The position numbers were made by a program, and so were the translations under genes. The notes under the pieces are model-generated. The model was given only the letters and a program-made list of their open reading frames with translations. It did not search any database and was not told the DNA's origin. Below are positions 14,328 through 25,108 of a DNA stretch of 64,000 nucleotides, piece after piece (position 1 is the first letter of the stretch; every line of letters starts with the position of its first letter). The DNA is from Raillietiella orientalis (lineage: Eukaryota), in contig JAYWIR010000020.1 in the NCBI GenBank assembly GCA_036172245.1, forward strand, positions 2,232,001-2,296,000. The letters run 5' to 3'.

Positions 14328-15416
14328 AAGTTATTAAATTACTATGGGTAGTTGAACTTATTTGATGTCACCCATAAGTATTGAAGACAAATGCAATTTC
14401 TAAATTGTTTTATCATTTAGAACTATGCAGCTTATTGATCTTGGGAATGAAAACTGCTTGAATTTACAATAAGTTGCGATGTAAAGTCCCAAGTTAGCCT
14501 TTCAAAAGAAGCATTATCGAGAAGTTATGAATTGTTTTTGGTCTCTAGAATTAGAGGACAAAAATTTCAAAGTTAGCTGTCCAAAACAAAGTATTTTTGG
14601 TCTCTAAAATTAGGCACCAAGAATAGTTCATGATTATTCAATAATGCTTCTTAATTATAGATTCTTATTGCAGCGTATATTGTAGTAAAGCACAAGCAAA
14701 AACATCCAAAAATGTGAAGGCTTAAAATTATTTTTGGATTCATGAATGCAGCCTTGGTTATTGCTGCATAAAACAAGAAGTGTAAAAAAAGAAACTCAGT
14801 TGTTCCTGAAAGATCATAGGGAGGTTACATGACAGATAATGAAGTACACACACTCATATGCCTTCAGGAATGCTATCATATTTTGTCACAATATACAGCA
14901 AAACGTGCTAACGGAAAGCTGTTTTTACTAAAAATGGAAAACATTTTCATGAAAAAGGTTTTTTGGAAGCCATTCTAATTTGCTGCTGCTTCAAAATTAA
15001 CTCAAAATTAGAATTAAGTTGAAATATCATAGAAATTGACACAGGAAATGGTATATTCAAAAGAATAATGTAGATCCATCTCTGCAAATGTAATACTGGT
15101 ATTCAGCACTATGGCCAATGGAACAATGTCTTTTTTCATACCACCTTGCATGCTAACTTCTTTTTACCATTTTTTCAACACCACGTTTTTTATTCCATCT
15201 AAAATCTGGATACTCAGCATACTTTATTCCAACTTTAAAATTGATTTCCCTTTTTTTTTTTTTGTCTCCTACTAAAAGCAGAAACCATTTCCTACACTTT
15301 TGCAAAAGCACCTGAATGTGTGCACATATAGTGAACTGACTTGGTTTTCCCAAGACCAGAAACTAGGAGTAAAATAATCTATGATAAGTTATCGACAGTC
15401 ATCCATTAGCATATAC

Positions 15417-15422
15417 TTTATT
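15417..15422 (-). terminator. Polyadenylation signal (AATAAA) of RACK1
   Basis: TTTATT on the + strand, 6 nt beyond the RACK1 stop codon, implying a very short 3' UTR. Confidence 0.65.
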
Positions 15423-15427
15423 GCCCA

Positions 15428-16838
15428 TTAGCGGGTGGGAATAGAAACCTGCCACACTCGAATCAAATTATCAGAATATCCTGCAAATAATGTCTGGCCT
15501 TCTGCAGACCAGGCAATGGACAGGCACTGGGGAAGTTCAGCATAGTTTGTAGTTGTGATCACTTGAGGTCTCAATTCATCCACCAGATTCTTGTTTTCCA
15601 AATCCTAAAAGAAGCACCAACATGAATGCACACACCCTGATTCATGTGCAATCTTACCCAAATTTTGATTGTAGAGCCAGTGGCAGCACACAACCAATAA
15701 CGATTTGGAGAGAAGCACAAAGCGTTTATTGGAGTTACATGATCCAATGTGTAAAGGCGTTTGCCTTCATTGAGATCCCATAACATTGCTTTTGAATCTT
15801 TTCCACCTGATGCACACAGAGAACCATCTGGAGACACAGTAACTGTATTCAAATAGCCTGTATGATCAGCATGATTCTTTTTTAATTTACAATTTGTTAA
15901 ATTCCACACCTGAAATGGAAAAATAGACCAATTAAATTGAACTCAAAAATGAAAGAACTTACCTTAACTAACTTATCCCAACCACAAGAAACAATGATTG
16001 GATTATTGTTATTAGGTGAAAAACGCACACAGCTCACCCAATCTGTATGCCCTTCTTCCTAAAATACCCCAAAATTAAAACAAAATAAAAAAAAAAAAAT
16101 TCTTACCATGATAGTATACTTGCATTGAGCTAATGTATTCCATAGCTTGATGGTCTTATCTCTACTTCCAGAAACAATCTGCCTATTATCAGCAGAAAAA
16201 GCAACACTGAGTACATCCTGTAAACTTCAAGTTTTAAATTTATAAAAAAAATAATTCGACCTTACTTTAGAATGATCTTCAAATCGTCTTGCTGTCTTAC
16301 CAGTTTGTAAATCCCATAAACGCAGGGTTTTATCCCAGGAACCCGACAATGCAAAATGTCCATCGCTTGACATTACAACATCGGTCACAAAATGGGAGTG
16401 ACCATGCAACCTTTTCAATGGAATACCATAGTTCGTTTCATCTCGTGTCAACTTCCAACTTATTAACGTTTTATCTAATGTTTAAATATTTCGATATTAA
16501 AGAGTGCAAGAACTTGAACATAATTACAACAGCAAATTACAGTATACATTTCAGTATTTCGGTAATTAAATACTAAGAACAAATGTTACACAACATCACA
16601 ATAATGCTCATCTTGAAAGTTTGCAGAAAGCATACAAAAGGCAAATCTCATTGAAACAAATAATCAATTTTTGTCCACACTGAGAAGAATACAAAATACT
16701 AAATACAGTACGAAAGCCATAAAATATACCTCTAGAAGCTGATAATATCATATCAGGATATTTGAGATTTGTTGCTATTTGTGTCACCCATCCATTGTGA
16801 CCCCTCAAAATTCCACGCAAACTCATTTGTTCTGTCAT
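15428..16838 (-). CDS. RACK1: Receptor for activated C kinase 1 (40S-associated 7-bladed WD40 protein), 317 aa
   Basis: Exons 16838-16730, 16474-16266, 16217-16107, 16058-15963, 15909-15658 and 15604-15428, all GT-AG. Translation: [23 protein letters not shown]...SASRDKT...GHSHFVTDV...[13 protein letters not shown]...[13 protein letters not shown]...[13 protein letters not shown]...[15 protein letters not shown]. Confidence 0.98.
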
Positions 16839-16952
16839 GGTTGTTCAGTGAATGTTGCAGCCTAAATTTAAATGTTATCCTCAGAAACACTGCTTACTAT
16901 TCATCAACACAAACACGATCAAAGCGACACGTCCAGTATCGCCTTTCCGTTT

Positions 16953-16962
16953 GGAAAAGGAA
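16953..16962 (-). promoter_or_regulatory. TCT / 5'TOP-like polypyrimidine initiator of RACK1
   Basis: Minus strand TTCCTTTTCC matches YYCTTTYY, about 115 nt upstream of the ATG. This initiator is characteristic of ribosomal-protein-class genes, including RACK1. Confidence 0.6.
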
Positions 16963-19900
16963 TGCCACATTCTCCAAGTAATTCGAATGTTTTAGCGAAA
17001 TAATGTAACGAAATCACTACTGAACTGTTAATATATTATGTGTAATATTACATCAATAGTATCAGTAAGGAACTCTGAATTATAGTGCTAATAATAATAG
17101 CACAAATACTTCCTCACTTTCAGTGTAGATAGAGAATTTACAATGCAAGTCTGAATTTAATCTATCCTCTGATATACCAATAACCCAATTTAAAATGTTC
17201 TTACAGAAGAGTGAACACATATTTATCAGTGTTTTGGTTTGCATACAAAGTGGATAAATAAACTAAGAAAATAAGGAAACTCGAGAGCCGAATTAGTGAA
17301 AAGCAAACAGAACTCTTCGAGTATCCTCTTCACTGCGAAGTCAACAGGTTCTCTTCTGGCATAAATGTGCATAAACACATGAACACACGTTTTTAGGGTG
17401 CGCGCCTATTTGAGAGAAGTTTGTCTGGTAAAAATGCTACAAATCTTGCGATCTTATAGGCTAAAGAAGAGATGAGATGATGGATTCGAATAAATCTCAG
17501 AGATCTATTTTAGGTAAGATATTCTGTAATTAAAACCAAATTATAAACAATGAATTCTGAAAAGGATGAATTTTCCAATGAATTTGATACTTGTGTCAGT
17601 TGCTTTCTCATAATCCTCTCTCCATACGTTTATACAACGATCTGCATTTATAGCTCTTGATACAACGATATTCCCATAGCTGGTTTATAGCATCACCATA
17701 CTGATTAGAAAGACTTTGCCACAAAGGAAAGTTTCCTCATTATTTACTTTATTTGGTCATTATGATTCCGAAAATTGATTTTGTTTCCTCCACATTATCT
17801 CTCCTTCATTAAACTGATCAAATGCAACTGTGAGCAATCATTCGAAAGGTAGTAAACGATTTTCTCAGAATAAAAAGTGATAACTAACAAAACAAACTAG
17901 TGTTATTCACAGTATTAGACACTAAGATGCATATTATGAATGATAATCAGATGTAGGTATGCTTCTATGCTAAAAGTTACAAATAACTAAAATGGTCAGC
18001 AGAGAACAAGCAACGGGTGTCTTATTTTCTCAGTGTTTGTATAAAGATGATGCTACAGTTCAAATTTAATAAAGAGCTGAGTGATGAAGAAAATCAATTT
18101 TTAAAAATGGAATGAGGAAATCATAGTTATTACTAGGATATGATTTCAGAAACTTTTGAATCACTCAGAACTCTTAATGAACTCTTTAAGTTCGTGCAAT
18201 CAAAATTGTCTTTACGATGAAACCGACTCGTGCATGTACATCTACATTAAGAATGCATTCAGAATGCATCCAGATTCATGGAAGAAAAAAAGACCCAACT
18301 TGAAAATGCTATCATGGAAAATTGAAAGAATCCCATGAAAACCTGCAAATTCTCTTCCGATGCAAATGGGGAAAATAGAAAGATGTTTCTTCTGTTTCGT
18401 TTGGGAAGAGTCATGTGAAAAGTGAAAAAGAATCAATCATGGGGTTCTTTGTTGAAAGCTAATGCCAAGAAAGCTGAAAAGAACGCCGAATAAATCACAA
18501 TTTCAACGGATTTTCTGTCTAAAGAAAAAGCAACACAAAACATGGCAAGACTATTTTGGCATGATTTTCCTTGAGAATATGGAGGGCAAAATCGGAAAAA
18601 TCAGCACCTGAAAACAGAAGGGAGAAAAAAGCATAGTATGACAAATCTTTCTAAATGAATTTAAGGAATGTCATGGTTGACACTCTTCAGTCTTGTACTT
18701 TTAAAAAAAAAAAAACTGCAAATGTTGCTTAATGCTAATGCTCAAAGTCTTTGTAGAATATTTTCCTGGAATGTTTCATAGTGCACAAATAGATGCCCCA
18801 AAAGCATAACAAAATATCGAAGACCATAATAGCTACCAAACTTAATAGGCAGCATTTTAGTTGTTAAACAAGCAGTTCCTTTTGAAAAATTTCTGGTCAT
18901 ATCTCGTGAGACAACCCTCATAAAATTAATTTTCAATATGTAGATGGCATCTTTAAATTCGGTGGTCTCGACGTTTCGGTGTTCAATAATGCATTACCAC
19001 CACCACGAAGCAAAGAAATCATCATCTGCTGACATGCATCACCCAGAACCAGCATAATTTTGCCACAGTGGCTCATCTTGCACACCGGCGATGATCAAGT
19101 TTTATTCTGAATTACTCAGGCGAGCTTGGTTTTCAGTAAGGAATTTCAAATGTATTCGGATCTATTTTCAAATTTATTTTTAAAGACTGCTCCACAGCTT
19201 GCGACTTGGATGAACACTGTGGTGTGCTCTATTTGCAGATAAGTAGCATTTGCTTGCAAATATTTCTGTCTTTCCCTTTCCAACTTCGCCTTCCCCTTTT
19301 GAAAGATCATTTACAAAATTCAAATTACGAATCGATTCTTAGTTCTAGCAATGTTTCCACCTTCACACTTATCGGTATGTAAACATACTGCATTTAGATT
19401 TGTGCAATTATCTGCGAATCGGTCAGGGGGAACTGAGTGTTCGCAGTCTCCTTATGTGTGCACACAAGCACATGTGATTTCTTTTTTTTTCCTCCCTTGG
19501 AACTTTTCAGCAATGTAGGAACCCTATGTGTTCGAGCGAAAATTCACCGAACTCGTGTGGCACTTTTGTCCGCTTCTTCCAAAATCCAAGTTAGGTCGAT
19601 GAATGGGAAAAACAAACAACGCGCCTACAAACCGAGCAAATGTAGAAGAAGTCTCAGGGAACTCTCAGACGACACGCAGTTCCAATAACAGCCATGGATT
19701 AAATTGAATTCACCGACGATCAGAGAACAAAATACTTGATTACGTGATGAAATTCAAAATGATTTTTTTCCTTCTTTTTTTAATACTCTGAATTTGATGT
19801 TTGCAATTCAGAGCTGTGAACATGCAAAATCCAGCTTGCATTTAAAATAAATTTATTTTGTCTACAAGGGAAATTTGGACTGCAGGTTGTATAAGTGCTT

Positions 19901-22608
19901 TGAGCACAATTATTTATCGCATCTTACTGACTGGAAAATTGAAAATTGGAAGTCAAATGCTTCCATTAGCTTTTCTCTGAGTCATCAAATCAGTTAATTA
20001 TGAATGCATATATTATGGGTTAATACATTACACATCCGAACAAGTTTTTCCGGTATCTGTAATTGTTATTTATTGGTTATGAATTCATTTTTCGCATTGC
20101 TCAGTGTAAACACTTTTGAGGGGGAGAAGAAAGCAAACATGAAATTTTGGTTCAATTGCGTTACCAAGCGATAGTATCTTTGCAATCGTAAAGCTTTTTG
20201 AAGAGGATTTCCATACAGACGAGTCTTAAATTTTGCCTTTGGTTTTCCTAAATGAGTCCTAAATGTTCATCGAGTTTAGCGCAATAGATTGTTGCATTAA
20301 ATTTTGAGACATTTCTTTACTTATTAGTTACATTAATCCCATCGATCGGATGGCATTGTCTCAAAAGAACTTTAGAGTCTACTTGTATACAATATAAGTA
20401 ACAAATACAGTTGGTAGAATAATAATATATGTTAAGGCTTTGCTTGATAGTAATTTTATCATTGATATGATACATCATTTATTTTTCGTGTCTCTTTACC
20501 TTATACAGAGTAAAGCAATACAGATGCTTAGGAGATAGTTTAAGAGTATTAGAATAATGTTAATTAATAATGAGTAATAACATAGAGGTTGAGCTGGGGA
20601 AAATTCTACCATTGACAATGGTACACATTGAAAGTTAATTGTACTATGTGCACTGAAAGAGTGTGCCCATAAGTGTAAAAACAGGAAAAGGAATAGTCAT
20701 ACAACTTCTACGACGTTGTATCATAAAGGAAGATCACATGAGAGGTGTGATGGTTATGAGTAATGACTTTTAATCATGAAAGAGAGAGAGAAGGCCAGAT
20801 ATTATACGAAAGCCATGGAATCCTGTAGCGACGAAGAATGTGTAGAGTCAAACATGGAATCTTCAACGGAAAATGCGAGTATAAAATATTTTGTGATTAG
20901 AGTTGCGATGAATCGAAGACCGATGGGGATAGTAATAAATAGGCAAAATTAATGTAAGAGAGAAACTTTTTTTTTTTTTTTTCCCAAGAGGGAATGATGT
21001 GTCCACGTAACTAAAATGCCTGATCTTAGAAGAACAGTGTTGAAAAGTGGTACTTGCATAGAGGATGGTGAAGAGGTATTAGAAGGGGTCAAGAAAAACT
21101 CAGTTGTGGATCGACTCTTAATCTAGAGTGGAAAAATGATCTGATGAAGGAGACGAATTAAAGTGATTTCTGAGAAAATAAATATGATCCTTGCAAATTC
21201 GAACGTTTTTCTTATTTTAATTGGAAGAAATACCCATAAATGAAGATTCAGATATAATATATCTGACTCGTCAAAAAACTGTAAATGAGAATTGCTTTCT
21301 TTTTGGGAAAAATAATTTTACATAGGATCTCATAATTTAGAATATACATGGCCCAAAAAGTGCACTATATACTGAAAATGAGGTTATCAACTAAAGTTCT
21401 GAATCGTTGAAATGTCGTACTGAAAAATGGAGGCTTTATAAAAAGTATCAGTTATCATCTAAGAGCCTTCAGATGAATTTAAATTTCTTGCAGACACGTT
21501 TACTTTTCCGTATTTGCAATCTGATGGTTTATTTTGATGTAGTAGGGGAATCACTTTTTTCTAGAACAAGAAAAGTAAATCTGAGAATAATCTAGAAGAA
21601 TAAATCTTATTTGGTTACTTCTTCTCCTGATCAGCGTACTTGTAAACCATCCTTCTCTGCATCATTATGATGTGATCTCAACGATGCTAATCTACTGCAT
21701 AAATGATATCTAATGCAACCTTTGAAGGTTTAAACAATTACATAAAGATGTAAAGATTGCCAAGGCCTCGAAATGCAATCTTCAGATCAACGAATTCAAA
21801 TTCAATCTTCAACTAAAATGTTTGAAACCAGCAGGTTCTGAGCCTGATTTGCCCCCTCCCTTACTGAACGTCTTGCCCCTTGGAAATTTTTGACACGGAA
21901 ACGATCGCTTCCAGCAAAATTAAGAACTACAATCTGCATGATACTGCAATGCTTTCGTTAGATCATTATTTAATTGTCGATTCTCCTCACCTATTTGGCG
22001 TCTTTAGTAAACCAGAAATGAAAAACAACTGGTTTCTAACACTTAATTCAATACATATCGTGGGGAGCGAGGGGGGGGGAGGAGAAAAGAAGGAACAAAG
22101 CTGAATGCTGAAGGCAGAGTGTTCGAAACCAGGTTTTGAACACTTTGCTTCCGAGTGGGGAATAGAAAAAACACGACGGATTCTCCACATCTGATCGTAT
22201 TTCTAAATAATTAATGGCGGGTTAATTGCAATGCAAATGAACAGAATGTGGAATCGGAAAAAAATGTGGACTTCGATTTTTACAGGAGGGGACTCAGCTT
22301 CCAGGAAACGGTTCCTCGATTTGCCCCCAAATTTTGCATGCCCAGTTCCGTGTTTGCTTATTGAAAAAAAGGGATCCAAAATCATTTCGAATAAATTACA
22401 GGCCCTCTGCAGAAAATGATAGCAGCGCGATGTAAGCGAAGCTGCAAGGCTGGTTCTTTGAAAGAGGTTGACACAGACTCGAAGTAGGTGTGAGATGCCT
22501 TGCAAAGTAATGTATGGAGTGGAAAAATAGCATTCATGGGAAGATTTTCATTAACATTTGTATTAATGCTACTTTCAGCTTTCGAATTGTAAATGAGTTC
22601 CATTTCAT

Positions 22609-22641
<33 letters not shown>

Positions 22642-23193
22642 AGCTTAAGCATGCATTCAGTGTTGCGTTAGAATGTATTTATATCGAAATCGTACAGTAA
22701 TGGCATGTTTTATTTTCATGATTGCAGGGACTGAATTTGTGTACTAATATGTTATGTATGTAACTTCTGAGTAAGGTAGGAATCTGCACAAGCGTTTCTT
22801 ATTTGGTCTCATTTTAAATTGCAATGTTTTTTGTTGTTCTTGGAAACAATGCTGTTTTGATATTATATTACTCAAAGATAATGTACATTATTTGGGATGA
22901 TGGTGTCAATATGTGTTAGTACGAAGCGTGCAGGCTTATAATTCTGGCACGTAAATAAAGTAGGTATTTAGTTAATATTTGGCAGCAAAATTCGATTTCA
23001 GTTTTCGATTTCACATCAATCTTAATTAGATCTCAAATTAGAAAGTTAGTCAGATTTTTTTGTTTTTGCAAAAGGATGTTTTTTTTTTTTAACATAGTTT
23101 TATACCTGCAATGCATTAATTTTACGGTTCCGTCCATTACGCCCGTTTTTTTGGAATGGAAATTGTAATTCTTGTCAAGCATCAAGCTGATCC

Positions 23194-23513
23194 GTGAGTA
23201 TAAGAAAGGGGAAGCTATGTTTTATAAAAAGTCCCTCAAACGTACATGAATTTTCAGTGGATTTTGTTGAGATCGGTTTTAATTTGTATTTCGTTTCCTA
23301 GATTTTATAGTTTAGAAAATTTGGAATGTGTTTGTTTTTTTATACCAAGTTACAAGTGTGCATATGAAATGTGGACATGAAGGTCAAGGTTTTTCAGATG
23401 ACATTTGTTTTTATTGTTAGTATTGCCTTCATCGAACGCTTTTAATAAAGCCAAGGACAAGGTGTGCAAATTTTTGCCAAGTTCAGATTAATTTTGATGT
23501 TGCTTTTCTTTAG
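23194..23513 (+). other. Probable 5' UTR intron of the PP2A catalytic subunit gene
   Basis: Strong donor CC|GTGAGT at 23194 and acceptor TTTTCTTTAG| at 23513, 28 nt before the ATG. Confidence 0.5.
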
Positions 23514-23541
23514 AAGTATTGGAGTATTTGTCCTTTTAAAC

Positions 23542-24737
23542 ATGTTGCCGGAGAAAAGGGCGGAACTCAAAGAATTAGATCAGTGGATTGCACAGCTTGG
23601 TGATTGCAAACAGTTGCAAGAAAATCAAGTGAAAGTATTGTGTGAGAAGGTAAATAGTTAGTTGGAAAGTACTGTATAATGATGAATAAAAAGGCAAAGG
23701 AGATTCTTTCTCGGGAATCTAATGTCCAAGAGATTACCCCTCCTGTAACAGTATGTGGAGATGTGCATGGGCAGTTCCATGATCTTATGGAGTTGTTCAA
23801 AATAGGGGGAAACTGCCCTGATGTGAATTACTTGTTCATGGGAGATTATGTAGATCGAGGATATTATTCTGTGGAAACTGTCACACTGCTTGTGGCTCTT
23901 AAGGTAACTGACGATTATCTACATCAAAAAGTTAATGGTGTTATAGGTGCGTTACAAAGATCGTATCACCATTCTCCGTGGCAACCATGAGTCTAGGCAG
24001 ATTACTCAAGTGTACGGTTTTTATGATGAGTGCTTGCGTAAATATGGAAATGTTAATGTGTGGAAACACTTTACTGACCTGTTTGACTACCTGCCCCTTA
24101 CTGCCCTAGTAGATTCTACCATATTTTGTCTGCATGGTGGTCTCAGTCCCTCTATTGATACACTTGACCATATTCGTGCCCTAGATAGGCTGCAAGAAGT
24201 CCCACATGAGGTCAGCAATGTTTTTATTTTATTCAAGGACATTGGTGCATTCATTTATTTAGGGACCAATGTGTGATCTATTGTGGTCAGATCCTGATGA
24301 TCGAGCTGGTTGGGGAATTTCTCCACGTGGAGCTGGGTACACATTTGGCACAGATATTTCAGAGAGTTTCTGTGCCACAAATGGACTGAAGGCAGTTTCA
24401 CGTGCTCATCAGCTGGTGATGGATGGATTCAACTGGTCAGTGGTCACACCTAGAAATAGTCTTGCAATTCTCATCTTAGGTGTCACCATGAAAAAGTTGT
24501 CACCATCTTCTCTGCACCTAACTATTGCTATCGTTGCAGTAATCTAGCAGCTATCATGGAAATGGATGAAAACTTGGACTTTGTGTTGTAAGTATTATTC
24601 CCATGCTCCCGCGTTTGCCCGGCCCCTTTTGGCCCCATAAAACACGCCTTTGTGTGTGTTTCAGCTTGCAATTTGACCCTGCCCCCCGCCAGGGTGAGCC
24701 TTTCACGGTCAAGCGCACTTTGGATTATTTTCTCTAA
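23542..24737 (+). CDS. PPP2C (mts): Serine/threonine protein phosphatase 2A catalytic subunit, isoform with last exon A (tail ...[16 protein letters not shown]), 311 aa
   Basis: Exons 23542-23649, 23694-23903, 23947-24210, 24263-24435, 24480-24587 and 24665-24737. PPP motifs GDVHG, GDYVDRG, RGNHE, HGGLSP, RAHQL and SAPNYCYRC are intact, and the N-terminus is PP2A-type (ELDQWI...LCEKAKEIL). Confidence 0.95.
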
Positions 24738-24916
24738 TACGAGTTAGTTTGCTCGCCCCTCCCTCAATGCCTGCCTTTCTCCTTTCCGGACTAGGTCAAG
24801 TTGTACTCCCTCTTCCCATCCTAGTGTGGGGTTGAGTGTTGAAACAAATAAAATTAGCACAGAATATAATGCCTTGTAAGGGTTTTCCCAGGGGCCGGGC
24901 AGATTGGGAGCTGGGA
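24599..24916 (+). promoter_or_regulatory. Long-range intronic RNA duplex (24599-24627 with 24890-24916) enclosing PP2A last exon A
   Basis: TCCCATGCTCCCGCGTTTGCCCGGCCCCT pairs with AGGGGCCGGGCAGATTGGGAGCTGGGA: 27 pairs (3 G-U), two 1-nt bulges, and a perfect 12-bp core TGCCCGGCCCCT/AGGGGCCGGGCA. Both arms are GC-rich islands in AT-rich introns. Confidence 0.8.
24847..24852 (+). terminator. Proximal poly(A) signal for PP2A last exon A
   Basis: AATAAA 110 nt after the exon A stop codon and upstream of the exon B acceptor. Confidence 0.7.
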
Positions 24917-24953
24917 TTGACAGGATACCCATCAAGTGCTGTCCTTCTTTCAG

Positions 24954-25026
24954 CCTCAAATTTGAACCCGCACCACGCCGGGGTGAACCCCATGTAACCC
25001 GTAGGACGCCTGAATACTTCCTCTGA
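24954..25026 (+). CDS. PPP2C (mts): Alternative last exon B of the PP2A catalytic subunit (tail ...[23 protein letters not shown])
   Basis: Acceptor TCCTTCTTTCAG|, same phase 2 and same 73-nt length as exon A, open to TGA. It matches the canonical PP2A tail [19 protein letters not shown] more closely than exon A does. Confidence 0.93.
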
Positions 25027-25102
25027 ACATTGCCACTAGGACCCAATCTGCACGCCGTCCTTTATTCCTCGTTTCTGGGCATTTAACACCAGACCAATAG
25101 CC

Positions 25103-25108
25103 AATAAA
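25103..25108 (+). terminator. Distal poly(A) signal for PP2A last exon B
   Basis: AATAAA 77 nt after the exon B stop codon. Confidence 0.7.

Noticed and set aside
17600..21200. Exon-like hydrophobic or acidic stretches between RACK1 and PP2A
   Set aside because: They could not be joined into a consistent open spliced model, and I recognised no homology.
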